This document shows positions 42,118 to 56,314 of a stretch of DNA of 64,000 bases, piece after piece. The DNA lies in contig CM082590.2 of NCBI GenBank assembly GCA_040954595.2, positions 9,946,088 to 10,010,087 on the forward strand. The letters run 5' to 3'. The notes under the pieces were generated by a model, which was not told where the DNA came from, did no database searches, and worked only from the letters and a program-made list of their open reading frames with translations. This DNA is from Balanoglossus misakiensis. Its lineage: Eukaryota; Animalia; Hemichordata. Made by a program: the position numbers and the translations under genes. Position 1 is the stretch's first letter. Each line of letters opens with the position of its first letter.

Positions 42118-42251
42118 CTCTATCTATCTATCTATCTATCTATCTTCTCTCTCTGTCTTTCCTCTCTCTGCCTCTTCTCTCTCCCCCTCTCTCCTCTCTC
42201 TCTGTCACTTCTCCCCCCCCCACCCTCTGTCTCTTCTCTCCCCCCTCTCTC
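42118..42251. repeat. (TATC)n followed by a CT-rich pyrimidine tract
   Basis: Directly visible. Confidence 0.9.
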
Positions 42252-44138
42252 GATTTCCCTGGATGACAAATTTCAAACACTTGCCAATTTATCATGGGCT
42301 CATCAAAGGCAACACCGCCACGTTTCTAACATTCATTTACGTCTTTCACATTGCTCTTGTCATGGGCGGGCTGCTTTGAGCACAAGTACAAGCCAGCGAA
42401 TAGATTCACGTCGACCTTGCAGGATGCAATTTGTCAAATTTCTCAAGGCTGCTGAACATGGACACTTTCCGCATGCATGGCAAATGTGGAGGAAAGAAAG
42501 CGCAGAGTGGGCACCAACAGACGCACGTTCAGTCGCTTGTCGCAGCCTCGCGTTCACCCGGCGCGCAGATTTTGTGCCAACTGGCAGCTGTCGCGACCCC
42601 TCCCGTACAGGGGAGCTCCGGACGTATCGTATGTCCCACAATCTGTCCACAAATCGGACACGCGTATTCGTGGGATCGTTTCTGATGAACTTGCCAAAGT
42701 ACGTGGAAAAATAACACCGAGACATCACTCAGCCTAGCGGAGTACATCGTCAACTCTAAACGTTTAACGGGTCATCAAAAACCCCTCGATAAACAAACAC
42801 ACGTCAGTTCCAGCGGAAGTACAAAATAAACAAACAAACTAACAAACAAACAAACAAACCAAAACAGAATGTTCAAGGAAACACTGACCCACCTTTGTAA
42901 CTCTTCTGATGAAGTCGACGCAATAGGAATTCCCACCATCGTTCGAAACTTTTCCCGCCAACAGTTATGTCCCTGATGAGAAAAATGATCGTTCAGTTTA
43001 TAAAATATGAAGAGGAAATATTTCACAAGACTTCAATAAATGTTTGGTATAGACGTTTATTTTCTCTGGGCGATTACCGTCTTGCCATTCTACAATATAT
43101 TTTGTTTTCGTTCAAGTTGTTAAAGTGATAAGTACCCAAAATTAGTTTAAGCAAAGTTACCTTTCACATCAACTAGTCGTCTGCTGAACTCTTGACTCGC
43201 TGGGGGCGCTTTAACATGGTCCGAAGCCTATACAATGAAAAAAGAAGAAAACCAAAATATTTTAATATCAACTTCAGTTGGGAATAATTATGTCTTTAAT
43301 TTAAATTGTGGATATTTTATCTTTGCACGTGCTATACAATTCTCTCATTTTAGAATGATCAAAGTTTTACTACATGAAAACCATATGTTTTAGTGGTGAC
43401 GGATTCTACATCTTCCATTTAAATTTATCAACAGTCACGTGACACTTTGGAAAACGTCTATCGTCATTTTCTGCGTCATTGAATTTCAGGGATCGCATAC
43501 GGAGCTCATAATTTTAGCCAGGGGTCAGAGGTCACCGACAAAATGTGCATAAATTACATCTGTGATGTTCCATCAGCGAAAGGGGAATCAAAATATACAG
43601 AAGTGGCGTGTGTGAGGAAATACTGCAGTTGGCAGAGTTTAAGGTACGAGTGAAATTGAGAACGCGGTAGTTGGAGTAGGAACGACCTTAAATCACTTGC
43701 AGCGCACTCAGAGTGTAAAGCATTAAGGGGGCACCCTTAATCGCAACGTTCCGTCAGTGAAACGACTCGGACATCACATAAATTCATTTCATAGGCAGTT
43801 TATCAGAGTCGATATACAGTGAAGAGAAAACAGTTTTCAGAAGGGAAATACTGCTCATTTACTAGGTGTATCTGTTAGCCTACAATTAGATTTGCACTTT
43901 TTAAATAAGGGTCAAAGGTCAGGGGTCACCCCAAAATTTGGCTTTTTTGGGGTCCAATATTGCTCACTGGTCAATAGAGACTACCTGTCTAGGACCATTG
44001 CATAGACCAGAATGCCAGAATAAAATGATGTCTTAGCTTTACGGTAGAGGTTTGTTTTGCTTATGATCAATGACCTCAACACCACGCGTGTGAAGTTGTA
44101 TAGTTCTCGGACAACCGTTCACAAATTGATACAAGACT

Positions 44139-45028
44139 ACGCGGGCTTTTCGGCGTCGACGTCGCCACATTTTGTCGTTCGCTTAGACTACGAAGGTAGC
44201 CACACACTGCTTTGCAGCACATAAAAAACTTACTTCAAAGTTCAAATCCACCCTCTGCGCTGGTATGGGCAAACGACGGGGCCGTACACACACAAGTTCT
44301 AACGAAGAAGACAGTGTGACGTGGCCGGTTGAAGCCTTTTATACTAGATTAATTATTCATTAACACCTGGCCACCACACAAATGACAACTGGCTACAGTC
44401 GTCACCTGGCCACGCTAACATGCTAAAAGCGTACTCGCACAGCGCGCCTGCCACCGGATGAATGTATAGCTAGAACCCTGGGTAAAATTAAGGAACATCC
44501 AAAAAATCACACAGCGAAACGTCGCTGCGATCCCTTGTGATTTACGTACAGTATTTGACATTGATTTAGGATGTAGGCCAAACCTCTATAAATCATGAAT
44601 CACAAATTAAGATGTGGGTTCAGTTTGCCTTCGTTCTTTTTCGGCCCCAGATGGATTCAACTTGACCTTTGACCTTCGAAGGTTGTAAACAAAAACAGGG
44701 TAAGGGAAATCCGATTGAAGTAGCAAATTGTCGTCCCATTTATAAAAATATTCCACCGAACTATAGTGACAATGCTGTGATTTATCACTGCAATGGAGCA
44801 CCAACGTGCGCAAAATGTGAAATGGGATCATTTAGTGACCTCTGACCTTTGAGTGACAGGCAGGAAGAACGCGACATGCATTCCGTTTGGATTTTTTCCA
44901 CAGTAATGCAGGCATTATCATTTATTCATCAGTTTTTCCGTCCCCGTTCACTTTTAATTAAGTGCGCATCCACGACGCAGCAGTAATAACGCGGGCTTTT
45001 CGGCGTCGCCACATTTTGTCGTTCGCTT
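44139..45028 (+). repeat. Pair of ~40-bp direct repeats (44139-44184 and 44989-45028)
   Basis: ACGCGGGCTTTTCGGCGTCG[ACGTCG]CCACATTTTGTCGTTCGCTT. The two copies are identical apart from a 6-nt insertion in the first. Confidence 0.9.
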
Positions 45029-48000
45029 CAAAAACTGGGACCTGTTTCCACATACTGGGTGGGTTGAGTTTTTTTTAAACAGCGCTAACATGTTTAGAAA
45101 TTATTAATGGCAATATGATCGCATCATCTTTGCCCTCTGGATCGTTTGTTACATGTCGGTTTTTGAAATAAAGCTTAACGATCGCTCAGCTGTCATGAAA
45201 TATTAAAATGCAACAAAAGTACACTAAAGAGTTCATGTTTGCACGTGTCAAATATGTTCGAATTTCAGAAGAAAACTCAACTATGGACTTCTTAATTAGA
45301 ATTTATCTCTTTTTTACATGTTACGGGATTCTGGTATTTATGATTTGCATTCATGTCGTCCGCACGGCCTGAAGCGTCAGAGAAGTGAGTGTGACCCAAT
45401 TTCGAAAAGTACAGCCTCACTCTCGGTGGTCAGTTTAGAACATGTCGCTTGGGCATTCACGGTATTCTACTCTCATCTCGTCCAGCGTGAGATTTCATCC
45501 AAACGATTTCAACATAATCCCAAAGAAGCTCAATAGGTCTTTGCTAAATTAACCCCTTTTCACACAAAAATCCGTCAAAGACTAATTCACAAAATACGGG
45601 CGGCCTAGACACAAAAAAGAAACACTGGAGTAAAGACAATACGTGTTAACGAACAACTTCGTCCCTAACTTGAATTCGGACGAAGTTTATGCTATCATGG
45701 CAAACACAATAGAATCATAATACAAATACACATTCAAATTTACTTCTCATATAATCTTCAATATTGACAAATAATATGGCATCATACTGGCTAGATGTAC
45801 GGCAATGATCCTCTGTTTACCGAAAATATCGCATGGTAAAAAAACGGTAAAATGTTTGGGACATAATCGCGCATCTAGAGAATACTGATCGGACAGATGG
45901 TAAGGAACTGAGCGAGCGTTCAAATGTCGACTAGGAGACGATAAATTATGATTGGTGACAGTCGCCAGCGAAACAATTTACTATGTTGGCCAGTGCGCCA
46001 ACTGCATTACACGTTGTATGACAGACAATTAGTCCGGAAGTTTAGCAAAGATCATACCAGCCGATACTTTCCCTTTGTCTTGGCGGGAAGGTGTTCCACT
46101 TTTCAACCTCTTGTCTTGGCGGGAAAACCCGTCTGTGGATGTGGGTATGGCTCCCATGGAACACGGCTGCGAAAAGTACAACTTGTACAATGTACATATT
46201 TTGAAACAATGTACTGTCACTTTGTGTCACATTGTACATCATGGCAGACAATGCGACGCTCCTTTTCATCACATTCTCGGTTTACTTTGATAAAACCCAG
46301 TCGACGTGCCTTAAGTTTTTAGAAGTACCGTGAGAGTGGCGGACACTTTGTAACTTTTTAATGCTAAGTAAATATTATAAACTTCTGAACTTCGTTATAT
46401 AGTCTGTTAGCTCTACACCAGGTCATAAACACGCTAACTGATTTACAAACAAAATCGCCATTTTTACGATCCTTGTAAAATGTTTAATAGTTTGGGGGTT
46501 CTTTGCTCGCTCTCTCTCTCTCTCGCTCTCTTTCAAGTATGAAAATTCAACATAGCACAAAGACTTGTATACGAGGACTGCGGAAAACAGTTTGTATACA
46601 GTCCGTCTCGTCATGAGCGTGAGGAAATGACAAACAGACTCGGTATCACGAGTATGCAGGGGTCTACCAGCGGAGAAACCTCCAAACTGAAGGGGTGACC
46701 AATCTCAAGCGAGAGCAAGACTTTTAGTCATGTTCCCCAAATCGCTGCTCGATAAGTTCGTGTTCTATCAGGAAGTTCTCAGCATACTCGCTGACCCGAT
46801 TTTAACGAGAGACAAGTGTCGCGATAGCGTTCTCTGACACAAGCTGCCAGCAGCCAGCTTGTATGATTTACACCAAGATTGTAGATTTTTCGGAGTCGGG
46901 TGCAGACACTTCCATATAAATCTTTACTCACAAGTCAATTCCTCGCTCTTATTTCATTCTCATCGGCCAACATGGCGACGTGACGTTTATAGATGGACGT
47001 AACTTTTTGTCGGTTGTTTAAGACGTGACAGGGGAAATCTGCCGGACAAAAGTACGGTTGTCTGAATCTTTCTCTTATCAGATACATGCGTTTTCAGGGG
47101 CTGGAGTGCTTGGGGTGGTAGGTTGGGTTCGTTAGGGCTATCAGATAGTCCAGCATACCTGATAATTGAGCAATTTCAGAAACATCGTCTCCAGATCGAA
47201 AACATAACTGCTAACCCTTGTTAGACACTGGATATGAGCGGTAAGGCTCGTCTTGCAATTCCGCATGACAGTCGACGGGTTCCTTAAGAACCATGACGTG
47301 ATAATCAGCCGATGTGAAATTGAAAAGTGGTGCCAAAACTACAAATATGCACACTGAATCCCGCCGGTGATAAAGGCCCAGTAATTCACACATCAGCTAA
47401 CCTGTAATACACTCACTGAGTGCCTTTAACTGTACCAACTTTTCCCTGACTTGCAAAACCTATTCCCACTTTAATGATCATTTATCATGAAAACTTCTGT
47501 CAATCGTCTGGTAACAGCAGTAACCCACATTAGTCGAATAACGTACAACTACCCTGCGACCTAGCTTGCCTCATATTTTTGGACACACTACCAGGAAGGA
47601 TTGTCACAAACCCCCCTGTACCCTGAAATGTTGGTGCACAGATATTTTCGCCTTTCTCAGAGGAAAAGAACAGTCCAGTACTTCCCTCCCTCTTTCTTTG
47701 CCTATCTTAATTACGACTCGAAATCAGATTGATTTATTCGGACTAGTCGACCTCTCTCGTGGACGAGAACGGTCTGAATGACATCGAAATTATTATCGTG
47801 ACTGAAAATTTGCTGCCAGCCAAACGTCGGTGCATAAATCTTGAAGTGGCGTTCTATTCTCGTTGGCGTTTCGGCCTATCGCTAATGCTTTTGACTTCAG
47901 ATTTAGAAGCCCGGGACTGCATATTATGCCGCGGATTCTGACGTTTTTATGTTCGACCCAAGGCCAGTCGTAAATCTCTTCAATGGTTGTATTACCACAG

Positions 48001-50098
48001 AGAAACACAGCCCCACAGCGGCGAGTGTTTGGCCTCCAAACTTGACTCGCTTGCCGCCATTGTCTGTTCCCAACACCGTACACTGGAGCCGATGGAAAGA
48101 GATTTTGCGTCGGAAAACGAGATACGTGTATTAAGAGGGAGGAATGAAACCAATTTGGTCAATTATACAGTTTGAACTTTCACCCACTGAAATCAATGTA
48201 TTTAGAGAGTCAATTGGTGCTGTGAACGACATTCGTGGTAAAATGGCAGAAATGCATCTTTCCATATTTATTCACCGTCTACAGTCTCAACAGAACAAGG
48301 GCTAACGACATACTATGCCGAAAGGGCGCAACACGAAATTTTCTTGTTCATTTTTGTCATTTTAAATTTGCTGTTCATTCAATCTTCACCATAACGAGAA
48401 TTGACTAAATTTGCAATAAATCCATCACAAATTATTTTATACCGCGGGCGTGAACGAAATCTCTTAATTCAGAGTCGACTCGAATCTTGTCGTTTGCGCG
48501 GAAAGTTAACCTGACGTGCAAACAAAAGAAGCTTAACCAAAATCCACAATTTGTTACAAAGCGTGTCGACAAACGCAACCAATAAATTTAGGTAAAAAGG
48601 AGTGTTTATTTGAAGAGTCTGTTTCTTGCCCGCCGGCTACAGGTTCCCGAATAAAAGAAAGACAAACAAAACCTAGACCCACAGTCTTAAAATTCCGACT
48701 ACGACAAAAACCAATCGGTAGTTGAAACCAAAAGCGCGCCGGGCCCGGGTTGGTCAGTTTCCCGCAGAACCTCGACACTTGCACGAGTGCTTCGGAAACT
48801 CCCTCTAAACAACCACTTCAGCCGAGTCCGAACACTTATAGTGTACATAAAAAGTTAATAGACATATTATGATTTGTTAACTGCCTCAGAACGATGCATT
48901 TCCACGCCTATATTTTGTAACATTTAATTTAACGGCTGGTCTTTTCTCCTTACTTACACTCTGCAAGCCAATAACTGTCAAATTCTACTAACTACTTCAG
49001 AATGGACACACAGAGACAACGCCACGCTGTATCTATGGAAACCACGCATCTCCTGTCCCGCACAAGAATCCGAGGCACTTTCTTCGCTAATGTGAAAAAT
49101 TATCTGTTAACATTTTAAAGTGTCCTTGCTGGTCGCATTTCTATGAAAACTCAGAATATTAGATTAGTTGAAACATCCGGGTACTTTATAGCCACCACTT
49201 TCTGACAGCAAAACGCATGTAACAGCAGATTTCGTTACTAAAACACAATTTCCAGGGTCTCTCTGTTGCCGATTGGGTTCCAGATGTTTACATTCATGAG
49301 TGAGTGACACTCGTGTCAGGTTTTACGACCGTGGACAGATTTTGTTGTTGGCGGGAAAAGTGTTGAAAAGTTTGACACCGAGAGTTAAATCAGAGGCGAT
49401 GTTTGACCTCAATCAAATTTACATTGTTTTCTTGGGACGAAGTCGGTTAAAAGTGGCGAGTGTCTGTTTGTCTGGGGTTTCTTCCTATTTTACAGATAAG
49501 AAGCCATCCTTTGTCCTCTGTGGCTCTTAAATCAAGTTTTCTAGACGTTGTCTTGGCGTTTTGTTTGTCCATCCAGAGTCTCGGACGACAGACGAAAGGA
49601 CGAGAAAGCGCTTACCCCTTTACGGCAGTAAATCATCACCGTCGTTCGACGGGAATTCGACTCGTAAAACAACTCGCTGAAGTTTTTCACTTGAGCCCTC
49701 GTGGAAAGAGCCTTATTTCCTGTTAATTAATGATGGATTGTGACTTTGATCGACTCGTAATCCGGCATAAGCCGTAATCGTTGATAGCAACCAGGAAGAG
49801 CGCCTGTTGTCGAATGCTGAGTAGCTGAATTTAGTATTGATCTGTGGGTTGGGATTTTAACAGGGTAACCTTTACATATTCATGTTTAATACTTTTTGAT
49901 CGATAAAACCAAAGAAAATCTTGTTTCCGTAGTATTTGGTATGAAAACGATGACAAAACAGATCAGCCGATGTTCTACACCTTGATGAAAATGTCTGTAC
50001 TCAGACAAGACTCAAAGTCGAATGGAATCTATACGTTAGTACGTAACACCTGTTGGAAATGTGGTAAAATGTAGTTCGCCGCATAATTTGCCATAATG

Positions 50099-50222
50099 TA
50101 CAGTGTAATACAAAGTAACATCTACATTGTTTGCAATGATGTGCATTGTAGCAGATACACTACAGTGTAATACAAAGTAACAACCATATTGTTTGCAGTG
50201 ATGTACATTGTAGCAGTTACAC
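50099..50222. repeat. Tandem duplication of a 62-bp unit (2 copies)
   Basis: TACAGTGTAATACAAAGTAACA... begins at both 50099 and 50161. The copies are ungapped with a few substitutions. Confidence 0.9.
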
Positions 50223-53207
50223 TATGCGCCTACTTATACAGATTGAGGCAGACACTCATGGTAGTGGTAGGGACAGTGGAGGAGAGAAATATCTACAGGT
50301 AGGCAAACAGATATAAACGCTGGGGCAAAGACAGACAAACTCACGACAGACACAGAGAAACACTAAACTAACAACAGATGGGACAGATGTAAGCAGAGGT
50401 AGTCAGATAGATCGTGGGATTCCTGATTAGACAATGGGAGATGCTGGCGGAGAATTAGACGGGGGACGGGAAAACAAAAAGAGAAAGAAAAGACATAAAG
50501 GAACAGAGAGAGACCAGAGATTGATTTACACCGATGGAATTCTGTCAACGCCGGTGCATCCATGTGTGGGTCTAGGATGTCCCCATGGCCCAATCAAACA
50601 GTCGGTGACTAAGACCTTTTAGAGCTTCAAAGATGACGCATCTAGAACCACGGTGACGGGACTAACAAGACTGAAACCTCAGACGGCCCACCAAGGAGCG
50701 TCTATTGCCGCTGAATTATATCACATCTTATCGGGTCGCAATCAGAAGTATTACAGCAGCACAAGTTGGCAATCTCGGCGTATTGATTACAGTGCTAATC
50801 GTATCAGCCAGGCTCCAAATTCCAGAGATACTTTGGGAAAAGGGCGGGCGGCCACAAACAGATAGGGTCCACCAGTTGGTAGGATGGTAAGCGTGAATTC
50901 AAGAACAAGGGCACACTGGATGCTGTAACCAAATCGCTTTCCCACACCTGTCCGTGGAAAGCTAGTCGAGATAGAAGCACATGTCTGGCAGATTGTTCAA
51001 ATGGAACCAACTGTGCCAAGCAAAACAAGCAAATAAACACACAAACAAACTGTTTAAACACAAGATTCTCCTTAGACTTACTGCCCTGTGTATGAAATTC
51101 TGACGGCCACGCCAGTGTTGAGTATACCACGCACACACAACGATTCAATGTTTCTTATAAAATAGGAATTTTATGGTTTAAATAAAATCTATCTCACAAA
51201 AATGAGACATGGATTTTGATACACTACATAATCATGAAGAAAACGAGGAATTAAATTTGCATGTTCATAAAATTAAAGTACCAGTACAGTTACTGTCCAG
51301 GAAAGACTCCAGGTGAAAAAATCAAAGTCAACTACAATTTCTTGTAATACATCTAATATAACTGTGTGATCTGGCACTTGAGAAAAGGGAAATGGTTTTC
51401 CCAGAAAGAACAAACACAGGACTTCTATGTGTTTAAATCATTGGTTTAATAAATAGGTACACTGTCCTTCTCTTACATAGGTTCTATTTGGTCCCCACCT
51501 GGTTGTCAATGGCAACAGGTGCGTTTCTGCTAAGCACTGAAAAATACACTGTGATATGGAAGTTCGTCAACTGTTTTGACGGTCAGAAATCGAGAAACGA
51601 CGAGAATGTACGCAACAAGCATCGGTTGGTCGGACGGCTAAGCAATGGCTTGTATACACGCACCTGTCTGATTTTAAGCTTCGTCTCATGGGACCTACAA
51701 TACCAAAGTCAGTAGTGATAAGTCACCCATCCTCGATCTCGAGTCAATTTCCTGATTTAATAAACAAAACCCGGTCTCATCGCCGGCAATTAAAACGAAA
51801 ATTTCCTTCAAACAGGCCTTCCAAATGAGAAAACAACAAAAATGAGAAATTCCGTCAAAACAGGGATTTCGGGACTTCTGGGGTCCCTATAGACCATGTG
51901 CAGAGACAGTGTTTGTTGGTTGTCAAGGCTGACTTGTTCGCTATTCATCGCCATTTTTATGTGTTTCCCTCAATTCAGTTTTACGTCCACAGATAATGAA
52001 ATGTACTTAGCTGTAATCAGGCGCCGTAAATTCACATGTCCGTTTCGCGAATTATGTCTGTGTCAAGCCAGAAAAAAACACGTTTTTCTACTTCGCTTGG
52101 TGCATCGTGTGGCCAATTCTTTTAGTGAAGTCATATTCTGTCGCCGAATGAACAAAATTTCACAACTTGGTTCATAGATTCCCATTGAACCGTACAATAT
52201 TTACTGTGGACGGATGTCAGTCGCAGTAAAAATGTCTTCTGTGAAACTCGACTAATCTTAAAATAAATTTAATTTTTCATATTTGAGGGACACAATAGAC
52301 ACCAACTGAATAGAAGAATCTCACTTAAGACAACTTTTCGGGACGTTCTCTTCCGTGACAATTTGCATATAGTTCCCGGATAGGGGTAGCACTCATAAAC
52401 TGACTTATTTCATCGACCAGGTTTCGAATCAGAATTGGCGTATATAACTCAATCATTACTGATGCGTAACACTAGTCCAGAATGCTCTATAATAGACCAC
52501 GAACCAAGTATCAACAAACAGAAAACGCCCAAAACCTAAAGAGAGGGCGAAACAATATGCACCCTCCCATGGGCCCTACTATTTTCTCTTGGTACCCGAC
52601 CCTCCCCCCCCCAAATAAAAATTTCACCTTGCTAATATTGTACCAAAAAGAAAAGCTTGGAACGACGACCACAATTGTATACAATGCCATACTCCCACAT
52701 TACGGCCATGCTTAATTTACTAATTGTTTCGCTTCACTAGAGGAAAACAATTTTCACAGAACCAATCCACTTCATCACCCGGTCTCGTGTGTACAATTTT
52801 TTTTCGAACAAAAGTTTTGAAAATGAAGGCTCTCTCGGCCGTCTCAAAAATCGGCGCCGTGGTGTCGTCAGTTGAACTTGGTCCGCGCGTCTTTCTGCCC
52901 ATCTCTTTTAAACACACGCAGGCGCTGTTAAATGTTCACAGTGTACGTAACAGACGCTGTCTACCATCTAGCCAGCACTTGCCCAACGCAATAAACTTTC
53001 ACGATTTACGACTTAAGTCCATTTCTCATCAAGTGTCGATTTCGTCCAAACCGTGAGTCTGGTTCCTTCCTCGCAAGATCTCAAATTTCCTGAAAAAATA
53101 CATCAGCCGTTTCTTTGGAAACCAGCCGAAAATACTGATATCTGTTCAAAGATAATTGTTTCGTTCTGTTTTTTTATATATATATATAAAATATAAGTAA
53201 GTTTTTT

Positions 53208-53524
53208 TCAGTCTTGGAGGGGGGTCTTCGCCTTAATTTCTTCGGCAGGTTTTCGATTTTCGGTAATGTCGTCTGTCAATGGTTCTCGGTTTTGGGTGTC
53301 GCTACTGACTTCAGTGTCATCCTTCTTGCTTTCCTTCTTGTATTTCATCCTCCGGTTTTGGAACCAGATTTTGATTTGTCGTTCGGTGAGCCCCAGCAGG
53401 TGAGAGAGTTCTATCCTCCGCCTCCGGGTCAGGTAACGATTGTAGTGGAATTCTTTTTCGAGTTCCAGAGTCTGGTATCGAGTGTAGGTCTGTCGACATC
53501 TCTTCTTGGGTACCTCAGGCATGC
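53208..53524 (-). CDS. Hox7: Hox7 exon 2 (homeodomain and C-terminus)
   Basis: Acceptor ...ctttgcag|GC ATG CCT. Encodes [61 protein letters not shown], the ambulacrarian Hox7 signature as I recall it from sea urchin and acorn worm. Joined CDS: 427+317=744 nt, 247 aa. Confidence 0.9.
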
Positions 53525-56314
53525 CTGCAAAGATCGAACAAGATTTTTCAGATTTATGTAACAAAAGACGTTCAAATTGTACGAAAGCAGAAATCTCTGT
53601 GTCTCTCCCTATCTCACCCTCCTCTCTCCCCCTCGTTCTCCCTCCCTCTGTGTCTGTGGGTGTCTCCCTCCCTCCCTTCTTCACTAGCAATATCTCTGAC
53701 CTGCACCCCAGCCCCAGCAATATCTCTGACCTACACCCCAGCCCCAGGGCACTCGGCATCTTGGTCTTTGCCAATTTTGCCGTCATGGTTCTTTGACTTC
53801 CAATCTCAAAAAAGCCGCAAACTCCACGGGGTACACACAAAGTCACCCTGCCCGTGACCAATATTATCGTCCAAAGTCCCCAAACGGGAAATCTCGGCGG
53901 AGAGTCAGAAAGGCGCAAAACTCTCCTCACTATCAATCCACTGCACTGATTAACCAATCTCTAGTCTCTTTTGCTGGAACAAGGATGGTATTCCTGTGAT
54001 ATTAATAAAACCAACGTGGGCGAAGCTCATATCCACGAACGCTATCTCTGAGCTACTGTAATGTTCGTCAAACTTATGGAAAAAATAATTCAATTCTCGT
54101 TAGCCTGGGCTGCAGCTCAACGCTCAAATATTAATGGCCGTTTTTATTTACAGTAAATGCAATTACTGTTTTGCATGTTTTACCAAATGAGAATACACTG
54201 TCTACATAATATCAGAAATTTTATGTACAGAGTTTTAGTCCATCTTGCGTAGAAAATCTAGAAACAGGGTCGTAATTCTTGGTACAACCATCCAACTTTT
54301 GTTGACATTTTAAATATTTACAGCAAACAAGTGAAGGACGGGTATATTGCGAGAGCTAAGACTGCGAAGTTAGGGACTTAGGCATAGCTGTGTAAAGGGA
54401 GTTTTGGATTCTGGTAGACTTCAATCGTTCCGTGAAATGTGGCCATTTTGCTTGCATCTGTGTTCCGTCAGCGAATGATAAAGGAGCCGATGTGAGAATA
54501 TTACTTTGCAATATTACTGAGGAAATGTTGCCCATCCGGCTTCAAGTCATGATGGAGTCAGGATAATCCATCAACGGAAACATACACTCTACTAACCAAG
54601 CAGTGTCCATAAATATGGCAGCGCGTTACGACGAGATGTCAAAATAAAATCGCTCCAAAAACTGCTCTATTTGGACACTTTTCTAAACAGTTTTGGACAA
54701 AGCTTATTTTATCGTACCGTGGCTCGACTATTCTCTGACAGGTTGTTGGAAACACGACCAAAAGTTTGTGTTTTTCTGGAAAATGCGAACCGCCAAATTA
54801 AGGAGTCTTCACACTCGCCTACTATTATACCGCGCAGCTGACCGTCTGCCGCCGATGCTGCACTGTGCATGAGCTACATCCACACACAGAATCATATGGC
54901 TGACGTTCCACCAACCCACTCCCCAGAAATAAACTACGCACACATTAAAAACATTCTGATTTCATTGTTATCAGCACTTAAAACCAAGACGTTCAATGAA
55001 ACAGCCAAAATCTGAAAACACTCCAAACGACCATACAAGTTTAAAAGCTGTTTGCACTCAGTGCACTGTTGATCTTCAACAAACTGTGATTTTGTAAAAT
55101 ACTTTGACGTTAAATTAACAAAGTCAGACTACTTTTTTCATCTAAATAAAACTTTACAGGCGAGATAATCGAACTTCCTGACAATCTGTGTGTGACTTTG
55201 AGCGCGAGCGTTTGCAAGTGTCTGTGTCATTTGCACACCGTGTCTGATTTAATCAGTTGACGACACTCCAACCTACAAAATGTTTCCAACCGACAAAATG
55301 TGTCTTTGCTAGGTTCGCCAATGGGACCCACGCTAACAGTCGCGTGACGTCTCTTTCTGTCGCTTTCTCCGCTCCGGGCAAGGGTCCATGTAACGACATT
55401 GTGCAAAACACTCGTAATTCTGTAGACGGCCATTGAAGGAGCTAATGAGCGAATAACCATGAAATATCAAACGAGGTGTTAGTGACTAAACTTCTCTCTT
55501 TTATTGCCACCCCACTTCACTGCAGACAGAACACGGATTCGCGCCTTTCCAAATCTCTGTAACATTGTAGCAACTTTTTCTTCCAAAACGAAATGTAGGC
55601 ACACCGCTATCGTCTGCAACAGGCCTTCGTGATAACAAGAGATGAAAGGCTAAACTGACAAACATTTTGAAGAAACTTAATTACACCGAAAGTTGGCGAC
55701 CCATCACCTTGCTGACAAATTCTGAAACCCCATAAACACGGCATATTTAATCCGGTGACAAAATTACTCCCTACACTCTGCAACATTTCGAATCAGAAAC
55801 TCTTCAAGTACCAGTCGTCTGCTACTGTAAATAGCACAAATTGCCATTTCGAGAGTACCATAACAAATGTAGTCGCATGTGCGGTGCGCTGGACGCCATT
55901 ATAGGATTTCTTCGCCTATTGTTCGGTGTGTCAGGGGTTATATAGAATGGTTGTCGCTCGCTGACCCCAATACGCTACTTGAGAGCGCAATAAAACGAGT
56001 GGGAGAGAGGCGGATCTACCGCTGCACTGCACATGTGTGTAAGTATTGATTGTTTACAAACTACACCAAGCAAAGGACGACACTCATTCTCTTGAAAATA
56101 AAAGTATGAATTACATGAAAACCGGAAAACATTTTGGTCTAATACTAATAGAAATAGTTAGTGATAATAGAAATTACAGAGAAAGATTCAGTTTGTCAAT
56201 GCATTTTAGTGATTTACAGAGCAGTTTAACTGTTAAGTAGCCGACAAATTTCGGCAGACGACAATACTGATGGGATATTTTGGCGCCCGAGAAGTGAAAA
56301 GTGTTTAACCGTAC
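53525..56314 (-). other. Hox7: Hox7 intron (2790 nt, phase 1, GT-AG)
   Basis: Donor CAG|gtacgg at 56314 and acceptor cag| at 53525 preserve the frame. Confidence 0.88.
53686..53747. repeat. Tandem duplication of a 30-bp unit in the Hox7 intron
   Basis: AGCAATATCTCTGACCT(G/A)CACCCCAGCCCC twice, with one mismatch. Confidence 0.92.

Noticed and set aside
42360-42753. Stack of ORFs and weak hairpins in a GC-rich patch
   Set aside because: Explained by GC content. No homology recognised and no long stem.
43195-43212. CTCF-like word CTCGCTGGGGGCGCT (also 40521 and 56876)
   Set aside because: Mismatches at core positions. Not supportable without a PWM scan or ChIP data.
53525-53957. 249-aa single-exon reading of Hox7
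   Set aside because: The upstream part translates intronic CT-rich sequence and the 30-bp duplication. The spliced model with MSSYF/YPWV is far better supported.
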